A stretch of 64,000 nt of DNA from Oligoflexales bacterium (GTDB taxonomy: Bacteria; Bdellovibrionota_B; Oligoflexia; Oligoflexales; RGVZ01): contig JBIIGV010000002.1 in assembly GCA_044236265.1 (NCBI GenBank), positions 13,280-77,279 on the forward strand. Direction: 5' to 3'. Every line of letters begins with the position of its first letter. Positions within the stretch are counted from its first letter, which is position 1. Shown here piece by piece: positions 11,143 to 20,466 of this stretch. A program made the position numbers and the translations under genes. The notes under the pieces are model-generated. The model was not told the origin of the DNA and did not search any database. It worked only from the letters and a program-made list of their open reading frames with translations.

Positions 11143-13206
11143 ATGATTGATTTAGGCACGTTAAATCCCGAGCAAAGGACCGCAGTCGAGACTATCGACG
11201 GCCCGGTCCTTGTGCTTGCGGGGGCAGGCACAGGCAAGACTAAAGCTATAACCATGCGTATGGCCTACATGATCTCCATGGGCATTGCCCCGGAGGCGAT
11301 CGCCGCCATGACGTTTACCAACAAAGCAGCTCGCGAGATGGCCGAGCGCCTTCGACAGCTGGTCGGTGAAAAAACCGCCTCCAAGGTGAGGCTTGGGACG
11401 TTTCATAGCTTTTGTCTTAATATTCTTCGTGAGTTTGGTGACCGCATCGGAATTCCTAAGAAATTTTCTTTAGCAGGAACCGGCGACCAACTTGATTTAC
11501 TTCGGCGCGCACTTCAAGAAGAACTCGCACTTGCCGCCGTCAACGTCGAAGCATTGCATGCAGAGATCAGCCGCGCAAAGAACGCCCTGCTTACTCCAGA
11601 AGACTTTTCTAAGAGGGCCCTGCACATCGCCATTGGTGTCGAAGCCGAGCTGATGGTCAAAGCCTACGAACTATACGAAAGACAACTAAAACTAAATCGT
11701 ATGATCGATTTTGATGACTGTATTTTCAAAGCCGTCCAGATTCTTGAACAGTTTCCAGAAGTCAGAGGACAACTGGAAAATCGCTATCGTTATTTTATGG
11801 TCGATGAATTCCAGGACACAAACGCGGCCCAGCTGAAAATTTTGGAGCTTCTCGGCAGCCGGCACAAAAATGTTTGTGTCGTCGGTGATGATGACCAATC
11901 TATTTACAGTTGGCGCGGGGCTTTATTTGAGACCCTCGAAAAGTTTGAGACCATGTTTCCAGGAACGCGCCTCATCAAGCTCGAGCAGAATTATCGATGT
12001 ACCAATGTGATTCTTGATGCTGCCAACGCAGTTATAAAAAATAATACAAAACGAAAAGATAAAACCCTTTGGAGCGCTAATGATGGTTCATGGCCGATCC
12101 AAGTTCAAACTTTAGCCTCTGATGAGGAAGAGGCGAGATTTATTGCCGACAAATGCATGTCATTTATTGGCGAGGGGTTTAGACCTGCAGACATCGCGGT
12201 GTTGTATCGTGCCAACAATCAGGCGCGCGGCATTGAACTAGCATTAAGGGAAGTAAACATTCCCTACGAAACATTTGGAGGCGGAAGTTTTTTTGAAAGA
12301 AAAGAGGTTAAAGATTTTTTAGCCTACGTTCGCGTACTGGCAAGGCCTCACGACCGTATCGCGTTCTACAGAATTATCAACACTCCTAATCGTGGCATTG
12401 GGATCAGATCACTAGAAAAAATTGAGGAGCATTCCAATAAAACAAACGAGTCACCATGGTCAGTTGCACGAACCTCTGGTGACAAGTTGGGCTTAACCGG
12501 GAAGTCCCAACAAAGTCTTCAGCAATTTGTTTCTGATATGGAGGAGCTCGCCTCTCAAAACCTAACAACTCCTGAGGACATAGAGTCCCTTGGTCACGAA
12601 ATCATAAAAAGATTTTCTTTGGCTCAAGATATCCGAGCGCACACAAAAGACCCGGCCAGCCAAGAACGTAAAATTGATGCACTTAAAAGCCTGCCGAAGT
12701 GGCTTCATAGCGCAGCCAAAGACGTTTTGAAAGAAACCGGCACGGCCAATATTCATGACCTTCTTGATCGACTGACTTTAAATGATCGTGACATCAGTGA
12801 CCGCGATGAAAACGGTCGTCCTAACCGGGTCTCACTCATGACAATCCACGCCTCCAAAGGCCTGGAGTTTCCGGCGGTCTTGGTTTGTGGCCTGGAAGAA
12901 GATCTTTTTCCGCACAAAAACTCGTCTTCAAACTCCCACGGCGTGATGGAAGAGCGAAGGCTATTTTACGTAGCTTTAACCAGGGCAAAATCGAGACTCA
13001 CACTTACATGGGCTGCCGAGCGCGGTGTTGGGACTATGAAATCGTCACGTCTGCCCAGTCGGTTTTTATCTGAACTTCCTTCCGAAGTGTTTCAGTCAAA
13101 CCAGTCCGCAAGGACCGCCTCTGAAGAAACGGCGGATCGCCAGAAGAAAACGGTGTCCGCTTTGAAGAATCTTCGAGCAAATCTCAAACCGAACGCGAGA
13201 ATTTGA
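11143..13206 (+). CDS. UvrD/PcrA/Rep family SF1A DNA helicase
   Basis: LNPEQ, AGAGTGKT, TFTNKAA, VDEFQDTN, VGDDDQSIY, LEQNYR, TIHASKGLEF and EERRLFYVALTRA. ATG 11143 preferred over 11074. Confidence 0.95.
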   Translation: MIDLGTLNPEQRTAVETIDGPVLVLAGAGTGKTKAITMRMAYMISMGIAPEAIAAMTFTNKAAREMAERLRQLVGEKTASKVRLGTFHSFCLNILREFGDRIGIPKKFSLAGTGDQLDLLRRALQEELALAAVNVEALHAEISRAKNALLTPEDFSKRALHIAIGVEAELMVKAYELYERQLKLNRMIDFDDCIFKAVQILEQFPEVRGQLENRYRYFMVDEFQDTNAAQLKILELLGSRHKNVCVVGDDDQSIYSWRGALFETLEKFETMFPGTRLIKLEQNYRCTNVILDAANAVIKNNTKRKDKTLWSANDGSWPIQVQTLASDEEEARFIADKCMSFIGEGFRPADIAVLYRANNQARGIELALREVNIPYETFGGGSFFERKEVKDFLAYVRVLARPHDRIAFYRIINTPNRGIGIRSLEKIEEHSNKTNESPWSVARTSGDKLGLTGKSQQSLQQFVSDMEELASQNLTTPEDIESLGHEIIKRFSLAQDIRAHTKDPASQERKIDALKSLPKWLHSAAKDVLKETGTANIHDLLDRLTLNDRDISDRDENGRPNRVSLMTIHASKGLEFPAVLVCGLEEDLFPHKNSSSNSHGVMEERRLFYVALTRAKSRLTLTWAAERGVGTMKSSRLPSRFLSELPSEVFQSNQSARTASEETADRQKKTVSALKNLRANLKPNARI

Positions 13207-14139
13207 TCAAGCGTCGATGGTGGTCATAGCTTCATCGTCCATCAACTCGGTCAATGTTCCTTTTTTGCGAACAAATTCTTTAAGATTTTTGAGGATTCTT
13301 GCCTCAATCTGACGGGCGCGCTCTCTTGTAATTCCATACCGGTCGCCAATCTCTTGCAGTGTCAGAGGTTTTTCTGCCATCAACCGCTCATTAAACACGT
13401 CGAGATCTCGCCCCTTCAGCGTGGTGCGAAACTCGATGAGATGCTCTTCAAAAATCTCAAGTAGCTCCGAGTCTGCAAGAACGTCATCGGCCGCCTTTCC
13501 AGTACTTTCGACGTCGATCACATCCGCGTGAGTACGATCACTTCCATCCGCAATGGGGGCATCAAAACTGACGTCACGAGCATTTAATCTCTGCTGCATG
13601 GCGACAACGTCTTTTTCCTTAACGCCCAAGTTTTCTGCCAAAAGTTTTGGATCGACCGTGTCGTATTCGCGCAGAAGTTTTTCAGTTTCTTTTCTCAGAT
13701 TATAAAAAAGCTTTCTTTGCGCTGCCGTTGTACCTATGCGAACCGGTCCACGAGTGTCCATCAGGTATTTTAAAATATAAGCTCTGATCCACCAGGCCGC
13801 GTAGGACGAAAGTTTAACGCCCTTATAGGGGTTAAACCTCTTGACCGCTTGCATCAGCCCATAGTTTCCTTCCTGGATGAGATCCAGAGCGGCAGCTGAT
13901 GCCGTTCGAAAATCATTGGCGATTTTAACTACTAGTCTGAGATTGGACGTTATCAGCCGCTGAGCCGCCTCTTTGCTTTGATGTTCAAAGTGAGCCACGG
14001 CAAGTTCATATTCTTCCTGTGGGGACAATAAGGGATAGCGATTAATTTCCCGCATATAGGATTGTAAAGGGGTTGGCCGAGCCGGTAACTGCTCGGTCTT
14101 AATGACTAAAGATTTATTATCGTCCTTACGTTCAACCAC
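13207..14139 (-). CDS. rpoH: RNA polymerase sigma-32 family factor
   Basis: NLRLVVKIA, DLIQEGN, RpoH box GTTAAQRKLFYNLRK and TRERARQIE. Confidence 0.9.
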   Translation of the reverse strand: MVERKDDNKSLVIKTEQLPARPTPLQSYMREINRYPLLSPQEEYELAVAHFEHQSKEAAQRLITSNLRLVVKIANDFRTASAAALDLIQEGNYGLMQAVKRFNPYKGVKLSSYAAWWIRAYILKYLMDTRGPVRIGTTAAQRKLFYNLRKETEKLLREYDTVDPKLLAENLGVKEKDVVAMQQRLNARDVSFDAPIADGSDRTHADVIDVESTGKAADDVLADSELLEIFEEHLIEFRTTLKGRDLDVFNERLMAEKPLTLQEIGDRYGITRERARQIEARILKNLKEFVRKKGTLTELMDDEAMTTIDA

Positions 14140-14227
14140 GGCTTAAATCAACATTCTCGTTTGGTTATTTGAGCAAACAGACCTATATTACATGTTCTTT
14201 CTATCAGGAAGTGGGAGATTCTGCGAG

Positions 14228-15166
14228 ATGCCCGGCATTGGAATCATCACAAACCCGTTTTCAAAGCTGAATAAAAAGAGCCCTGCACGCGGCCGGCTGT
14301 TGGGCTACATCGTTGGCCAGTTTGGCAATCTAGAAATTACAAACTCCGTTGACGACATTGGGCGCGTGGCGGAGCTATTCAAAACTCAAGACATCGACAT
14401 CCTGGCTATCAATGGCGGTGATGGCACTATCTCTCGCACATTGACCGCATTTATTCGTACTTATGGTGACGCTCCACTTCCAAAGATTTTGATACTTCGC
14501 GGAGGTACCATCAACATGCTTGCGGATAATCTGGGCATCTTTGGAAGCCCGGAGGAAATATTGGTGCGCATGCTCGAATGCCAAAGCGGCCTGCGCCCGA
14601 GGGTGATTCAGACCTATGCCACCCTATCGGTTGGTGGGCAGTATGGTTTCTTGTTTGGAAATGGCTTTGTGGCCCGTTACTTAGCAGAGTTCTATAAAAA
14701 CAAGACAGGCCCGGCAGGCTCCATCTTTTTGATTTTAAAAATCTATTTTAATTGGCTTTTTTCCAAAAGCCGCTATCAGCAAATTGTTCACGATGAGTTC
14801 TACCGCATGTCGGTAGATGGCCATGCTTCCATGGATGAGACCATGAGCCTTGCGATCATGGCTAGCACCGTTGAAAGGATGCCCCTGGGGTTTAAATTTT
14901 TTCCCGCCGCAAGAAATAACTTAGCAAAATTTCAAATGTTTTCTCTTCAGATGACCTCCGGCTCACTTCCCTGGCGGCTCCCATTATCATGCCTTCGAAA
15001 CCGGCCCGGGACGTTCCTCGGCAAGGTCACGCGCCTAGCATCGTCCGTCATTTTGGCTACAACATCCGGGCGTCAACTCTACACCCTAGACGGAGAATTG
15101 TTTGAGGCTCCTGAGGGACGACTTGCGATTGAGGTGGGACCGGTCGTACAATTTGTTGTGGTTTAA
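14228..15166 (+). CDS. Diacylglycerol/sphingosine kinase family protein
   Basis: IITNP, GGDGT, GGTINM (GTxN) and YTLDGE motifs. Confidence 0.8.
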   Translation: MPGIGIITNPFSKLNKKSPARGRLLGYIVGQFGNLEITNSVDDIGRVAELFKTQDIDILAINGGDGTISRTLTAFIRTYGDAPLPKILILRGGTINMLADNLGIFGSPEEILVRMLECQSGLRPRVIQTYATLSVGGQYGFLFGNGFVARYLAEFYKNKTGPAGSIFLILKIYFNWLFSKSRYQQIVHDEFYRMSVDGHASMDETMSLAIMASTVERMPLGFKFFPAARNNLAKFQMFSLQMTSGSLPWRLPLSCLRNRPGTFLGKVTRLASSVILATTSGRQLYTLDGELFEAPEGRLAIEVGPVVQFVVV

Positions 15167-15181
15167 AATATAATTCGACAG

Positions 15182-16306
15182 GTGATCGTGATGTCTCAAG
15201 TTCCTGGACGATTATCCCCCCCGCCCCCTCAAGCCGTGGCCGACGCCCTCGGTGTTGACCATTTAACTATTGAGTGGCTCGCGGGTGACGGGTCTGACCG
15301 TTGTTATTTTCGCGTTCGCTCTCCAGAGCTCGCTCGAAGTTTTGTGCTCATGCAGCTTTCAGGTAACGATGCGGAAAATTTGAAGAAAGGGCGATACGAC
15401 TGGGTTACCATATCTAACATACTGAAATTAAATGGAATTTCGGCCCCGGCAAGCGCCGCGATTTTGGCTGACCATGCCGCTGTTATAATAGATGACTATG
15501 GCGACATGATGCTAGAGACCGTGGTTCTTGAACTTGCCAAAAAAGGCATTGTTAACAGCAGTTTACCTCTTTATTTAGACTCCCTCAAAACCGTCGCTCG
15601 CTTTATTTCGATTGCGGCAACCCCTGGCGACATCTGGACGACGCGCTCATTTGACCGCGAGCGTTTTGAGTGGGAGCTCAATTTTTTTGTCAGTAAATAT
15701 CTTGGCCCCGTAGCCCATTACTCTTTGTCGCCGCAAGAGGCTCAAGATTTCTCTAATGATGTTAGGGCGATATCAAGTTATTTGTCCGAGTCATCAAAGT
15801 ACTTCGTTCACAGAGACTTCCACAGCCGCAACATTATGATTCACGAACAGCAAGTTGCGGTTATCGATTTTCAGGATGCGCGCCTGGGCCCACCCTCGTA
15901 CGACCTGGTCAGCCTAGTCTTCGACAGTTACGTGCCTCTGAGTCCGGACACGCGGATCAAACTTTTAAACGAGGGTCTTGATCTCATAAAGGCTTCGGCC
16001 AGTGACGCAGTATCGGAGCGGGCTCGGCAAGAATGGAAGCCCATGTTACTTCAGCGGCAACTAAAGGCAATCGGAAGCTTTGGCTACCTAACCATCGATA
16101 AAAACAAGGGTGACTACATCAAAAACGTTGCGCCAGCCCTGCAGACCCTCCTTGATGCTGGAGTTCAAGATGCTCGATGGCCATTTCTTAGTGGTAAGCT
16201 TCTCCAGATTCTGGCCAAGACTTTACCAGATCGGACCTCTCGCGGGTACGGCGCTAGCAATAAACTCGAGTTGGCGAGGGCATCCTCGTCACCGCGTCAG
16301 TCCTAG
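15182..16306 (+). CDS. amgK: Anomeric MurNAc/GlcNAc kinase (APH-family phosphotransferase)
   Basis: LAGDGSDRCYFR, HRDFHSRNIM, IDFQDA..GP.SYDLVSL and QRQLKAIGSF; paired with a downstream nucleotidyltransferase. Confidence 0.85.
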   Translation: MIVMSQVPGRLSPPPPQAVADALGVDHLTIEWLAGDGSDRCYFRVRSPELARSFVLMQLSGNDAENLKKGRYDWVTISNILKLNGISAPASAAILADHAAVIIDDYGDMMLETVVLELAKKGIVNSSLPLYLDSLKTVARFISIAATPGDIWTTRSFDRERFEWELNFFVSKYLGPVAHYSLSPQEAQDFSNDVRAISSYLSESSKYFVHRDFHSRNIMIHEQQVAVIDFQDARLGPPSYDLVSLVFDSYVPLSPDTRIKLLNEGLDLIKASASDAVSERARQEWKPMLLQRQLKAIGSFGYLTIDKNKGDYIKNVAPALQTLLDAGVQDARWPFLSGKLLQILAKTLPDRTSRGYGASNKLELARASSSPRQS

Positions 16307-16317
16307 AAGGGCGCCGC

Positions 16318-17292
16318 TTGAGCCATAAAGATAGTAAACCATTGAAAGCCCTGGTTCTTTGTGCGGGCCATGGAACAAGGCTAAAGCCTTTAACGGAACT
16401 CCTACCAAAGCCATTGGCGACCGTTTTAGATGTGCCGCTTGTCGATCTTGCGATCAATCGCTGTGTTGAAGCTGGCGTAACTGACGTTGCCATTAATACT
16501 CACCACCTTGCCGACAAAATGGGGGATCACGTTCAGGCCCGCCACCGCCAACTCGGAGTCTCAAGCCTCCATGTTTCCCATGAAACACCTCAAATTTTGG
16601 GGACAGGAGGTGCTTTATCTCAGGTCGCAGATTGGTGGGGCGATAGCCTCCTACTCGTTTACAATGGCGACATTCTTAGCAATATAAGCTTTGAGCAGTT
16701 GATATCCGCTCACCGACAGTCAAAGGCCATTGTTACGATGGCTGTCACAAGGACCCCGCCCGCCCAAGGGCGCTCGGTGTGGGTGAACTCAGGTGGAATG
16801 GTAAAAGCCATCTGTGAAAAGAAAGACCTTCCGTCATCGCTCAAGGTTAATGATCTTAGCGAGTGCGGCTTTGCCTGTGCTTACGTTGCAGGCCCAGAAT
16901 TGAGAGCCTATTTGCCGAAAAAACCTGAGTTTTTCGATGTTATAGTCGCATTTCAAAAGGCTCTGACTGATGGTCATCAAATCAGTGTGACGTTCCATGA
17001 GGATATTTGGGCTGACGTCGGTACGCCCTTGGCCCTGTGGCAAACAAATTTAGACATAGTCCATCTAAGTGAAGCCAGAAGAAAGTCGCTCTTTGGAAAG
17101 CTGGCCTCATGGCAGGCTTCATGGATAGGCCATGACTTTCAAGTTGATCAAATCTCGGTCGTAAGTAGATCGGCCATCGTTGGTCGGGGGGCGCGCATAT
17201 CTCAAAGCGTCATTTTGCCGAATGCTGCCGTTGCCGCGGGCGAGGTCGTAGAAAGATCCCTTCTAGGGCCAAATTTTAAAATTAAATTTTAG
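16318..17292 (+). CDS. murU: NDP-sugar pyrophosphorylase, probable MurNAc-alpha-1-P uridylyltransferase
   Basis: LCAGHGTRLKPLT..PKPL, LGTGG, NGDI and WADVGT; directly after amgK; TTG start. Confidence 0.75.
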   Translation: MSHKDSKPLKALVLCAGHGTRLKPLTELLPKPLATVLDVPLVDLAINRCVEAGVTDVAINTHHLADKMGDHVQARHRQLGVSSLHVSHETPQILGTGGALSQVADWWGDSLLLVYNGDILSNISFEQLISAHRQSKAIVTMAVTRTPPAQGRSVWVNSGGMVKAICEKKDLPSSLKVNDLSECGFACAYVAGPELRAYLPKKPEFFDVIVAFQKALTDGHQISVTFHEDIWADVGTPLALWQTNLDIVHLSEARRKSLFGKLASWQASWIGHDFQVDQISVVSRSAIVGRGARISQSVILPNAAVAAGEVVERSLLGPNFKIKF

Positions 17293-17464
17293 AGAGCAAG
17301 CCGAGCACTCACTCAAAGTGACTAGGCGCTAACGTGACTAATCAAATGTTTTGACTAGGCACCTGCTCACAAGAAGTCCGTCATCTTTAACACTTAGCCT
17401 GATTAGGCAGGTGAACAGTAGTGATGACTATTCAAAAACATAGACTAAACACAGGCACTTATCT

Positions 17465-17628
17465 GAAAGAAAGAGCGTTAGGTGTTTCGGTGAGGTTTAA
17501 GCTTCTGCTTTTTTTCTGCGAGCCTTTGCCCGGGTGGCGCCTTTTTCTGCGGCTCGTTGAAACAATGGCTAAACCTTTAAGCTCTACTAAAACACCAAAT
17601 GCTCGAATCGTCTCAATCATCTTCTTTC
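17465..17628. ncRNA. Candidate structured RNA (long irregular hairpin), family unassigned
   Basis: Nested complementary segments: GAGCGTTAGGTGTTT(17473-87)/AAACACCAAATGCTC(17590-604), AGGTTTAAGC/GCTAAACCT and CGAGCC/GGCTCG. Confidence 0.3.
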
Positions 17629-17756
17629 CAGGTCTTTTGACGAGTGGCTCTTAAGTATCGGTTGGTTCATTAACTTAAGGCGCTCTGGTTGTCTTCCCGT
17701 CTTTTCTCTTGAGCCCTGGTGACAGTTTTAGCGTTGTCGCGCGTAGTTGTAAGTTA

Positions 17757-18776
17757 TTAAACTGCTGGAACCGGTGTAAAGAACGCCTGAGTCATCAGGT
17801 TGATAGTTTTATTGACTTTTTTCGCTACTACTTTGTTAACATTTAAATTTTTCAGGGTGTTGAAAGCTGTCTTAATTGAACCTGCTTCTACGTAATAGAC
17901 GGTCATGCCCGCCTGCAATACATCTGGATTGTCGATATTGTCATTTTGACGCCAGATGTGTTTCCAGAGATTGGATTTACCATAAACTCTCTTGGAGATG
18001 GCAGCTAGCGTGTCGCCTTCGCGAACAGTTTCCTTGGCGCGACGAATGTTTTCATAAGTCTGAGCAAAGTTCATGCTTGCATCTTCAAGGGTGTAGTAAA
18101 TCAGATCGCCTGGATAGATTTGGTTCGGGTTATCAAGGCCACTAAGGCTTGCGATATCCCTCCAGCGCTTTTGATCGCCGTAAATCTTCTGAGCAATCTT
18201 ACCTAGTGTGTCGCCTGCCTCCACAACGTAAGCCATCTTGGAGCCGTTTTGCGGCATACCAGCTGCTGAAGCTGCTGGGGCTGGTGCAGCTTCCGCAGTG
18301 GCTGGTGCCGGTGCTGCCTCAGCTGGTGCTGGTGTAGCTTCCGCGGTGGCTGGTACGACTTCCGCTGGAGCTGCCTCAGGGGCGGCTTGACCTTCAGAAG
18401 GAGTATTACTCATTTCTGAAATAATACCGGCTACATCACCGTTTGGAGTCGTCTCTGCTCCCGCTACCGCTTCATTAGTTGTAACGTTTGAACCATTGCC
18501 GACATTTGCGGTTTCGCCAGCATTGTTTCCTTCAGCACCACCTTCTTCGTTCGCGGCAACTTCGTTACCGCCATCTTGGGTGGCCTCCTCTTGTTGTTGA
18601 CCTTGAGCCTCAGCCGTTTGGCTGTCCTCCTGGCCCTCACCTTGTTCTTGTCCCTGAGCACTGACTTCTTCGTCCATGCCTTGCTGTTCTTGCTGGCTTG
18701 AACATCCAGCAAAAGACAGCAACGAAGCGGTGGCGAAGGCCGTCAGCACTAAGCGACGTCTCCAATTAAACCTCAT
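17757..18776 (-). CDS. LysM-domain lipoprotein with acidic and Pro-Ala-rich linker
   Basis: Lipobox FAGC; two LysM repeats (YVVEAGDTLGKIA...NPNQIYPG and TVREGDTLAAIS...NPDVLQAG); PAEA/PATAEA repeats. Confidence 0.88.
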   Translation of the reverse strand: MRFNWRRRLVLTAFATASLLSFAGCSSQQEQQGMDEEVSAQGQEQGEGQEDSQTAEAQGQQQEEATQDGGNEVAANEEGGAEGNNAGETANVGNGSNVTTNEAVAGAETTPNGDVAGIISEMSNTPSEGQAAPEAAPAEVVPATAEATPAPAEAAPAPATAEAAPAPAASAAGMPQNGSKMAYVVEAGDTLGKIAQKIYGDQKRWRDIASLSGLDNPNQIYPGDLIYYTLEDASMNFAQTYENIRRAKETVREGDTLAAISKRVYGKSNLWKHIWRQNDNIDNPDVLQAGMTVYYVEAGSIKTAFNTLKNLNVNKVVAKKVNKTINLMTQAFFTPVPAV

Positions 18777-19136
18777 CGTTTACCTCCATAAAAAGTTTTT
18801 TGAAAACAAATCCACAGTATGGACGTCGGCAAATTTCTTTCCTGCTTTAATTTTGAAATAGAGCCAAGTCAGCAGCAATGGGCAAGGCTTTCACGTTCTG
18901 TGTGGCCACAAAATTAAACTAACGACCCTGTTCACGTCTAATCAGCTTAAAACCATTCGAAGCCAAGGGATCCAGAGCCTGGTGATGGGTCTGATTAACC
19001 ACAAATTGGAGCTCTACTAGGCATTTTTTTTACAGCCAAACGGAAAAACATCTAAAAAAATTTTTTTATCAGCTATGATTTTTTTTGAAAATCACAGGGA
19101 CCTTGTCCTCATTAAACAGATTTCAAGTCAGGCGTA

Positions 19137-20126
19137 TTGATTTTGGCAAAACATTCAGAACAAAAAACTTATCAGCACACACCAGTTCTATTCCATGAGT
19201 CGGTGGACATCTTGAGTCCAATGCTTGGCTCTACACTCATTGACTGCACGCTTGGCGGCGGCGGTCACACGTCTCTTATGCTAGAAAAAGTTGGCCCTAC
19301 CGGCCGGGTGGTAGCTTTTGACAGAGACCTCAAGGCGATCGATAACGCAAAGGCAAAATTGTCGAGCTCATTGGCGTCCGGAAAACTTGAAATCGTTCAT
19401 GCAACATTTGGTGACATCCTTAAACATGCCGAAAAACTTAATTTAGTCGGCGCCGTTTCCGGTGTACTTGCCGATATTGGAGTGTCCAGTCACCACTTGG
19501 ATGAGGATTCTCGTGGGTTTTCATTTATGCACGATGGCCCCCTCGACATGCGCATGGATCAGACGAGTGGAATCACTGCGGCCGAATTTCTTCGTTATGC
19601 CGACGAAAAAGATATTGCGGATGTCATTTGGAAATATGGTGAAGAACCGAAATCTCGTTTCATCGCCCGGCTCATTTGCGAGATACGAACGAAGTCTCCC
19701 CTTACAACGACAAAACAATTGGCAGACCTCATTTCATCAAAAGTTATTTGGAAGGAGGCTAGTCGAAAGCATCCTGCAACGCGAACATTCCAAGCCCTCC
19801 GAATCCATGTAAACGACGAGCTCGGACAACTCAAACAACTACTGAAAGACGCGCCCAAGGTTCTGGCCCCCGGTGGAATTCTCGCAATTATCACTTTTCA
19901 CTCCCTTGAAGATCGCTTGGTTAAGGAGTCCATGTTAGAGATGAGCGGAAAAACCAAACGACAGTCGATACCGCGAGATCTTCCCCTGACGGATGCGCAA
20001 GTCAGCCAAATGAGTGCCAGCCAAGGAACAATCCTTAAACCTTTTCCAGTTGCTCCCAACGAACAAGAGATTCGGGACAACCCTCGTGCACGAAGCGCAA
20101 AGTTAAGGGCTATCCGTTTCCAGTAA
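19137..20126 (+). CDS. rsmH: 16S rRNA m4C1402 methyltransferase
   Basis: HTPVL, DCTLGGGGH, DIGVSS, RGFSF..DGPLDMRMD, FQALRI.VN.EL, FHSLEDR and NPRARSAKLR. Confidence 0.97.
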   Translation: MILAKHSEQKTYQHTPVLFHESVDILSPMLGSTLIDCTLGGGGHTSLMLEKVGPTGRVVAFDRDLKAIDNAKAKLSSSLASGKLEIVHATFGDILKHAEKLNLVGAVSGVLADIGVSSHHLDEDSRGFSFMHDGPLDMRMDQTSGITAAEFLRYADEKDIADVIWKYGEEPKSRFIARLICEIRTKSPLTTTKQLADLISSKVIWKEASRKHPATRTFQALRIHVNDELGQLKQLLKDAPKVLAPGGILAIITFHSLEDRLVKESMLEMSGKTKRQSIPRDLPLTDAQVSQMSASQGTILKPFPVAPNEQEIRDNPRARSAKLRAIRFQ

Positions 20127-20193
20127 TAAATGCGTATAATGGTTTTGAGAGATTTAAAAATTACATTGATTGGCACATTTTTCTGGGGGGTCT

Positions 20194-20466
20194 ATGCGAA
20201 CCTTAACTATTCGCTTAGCAATTCTTTGGACCTTTGTTCTTTCTATGTCGGCATTCGCCCGCGTACACTTTCGCAGTGTTACAACGGGAGTCGCCTACGA
20301 CCTGGGTCAATTAAAGACCCGCGAGGGCAAACTCCTTGAAGAGCGAAGCGAGCTACGCGGCGAGCTGGCGCGTCTGACCACAAAGAAAAAACTTGAAGAT
20401 TTAGCTCAATCAGCAATTAAGCCAGCAAAGACGAGTAACAGTGAATCCGGAGCGACACGCCAGTGA
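20194..20466 (+). CDS. ftsL: FtsL-like cell division protein
   Basis: Single TM segment plus leucine-zipper coiled coil; lies between rsmH and ftsI. Confidence 0.7.
   Translation: MRTLTIRLAILWTFVLSMSAFARVHFRSVTTGVAYDLGQLKTREGKLLEERSELRGELARLTTKKKLEDLAQSAIKPAKTSNSESGATRQ

Noticed and set aside
17459..17620. 53-aa minus-strand ORF (MIETIRAFG...), plus the overlapping 77-aa plus-strand ORF 17421-17654
   Set aside because: No recognisable family and weak or absent RBS; both coincide with the inverted-repeat structure, which explains the sequence better.
18950..19000. Resemblance to a c-di-GMP-I riboswitch (AAACCATTCGAA...GGGA...AGCCT)
   Set aside because: The required CCATTC stem partner and GNRA loop are missing (CCATTC-GAAG-CCAAGG cannot pair); probably chance. 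An Rfam scan would settle it.
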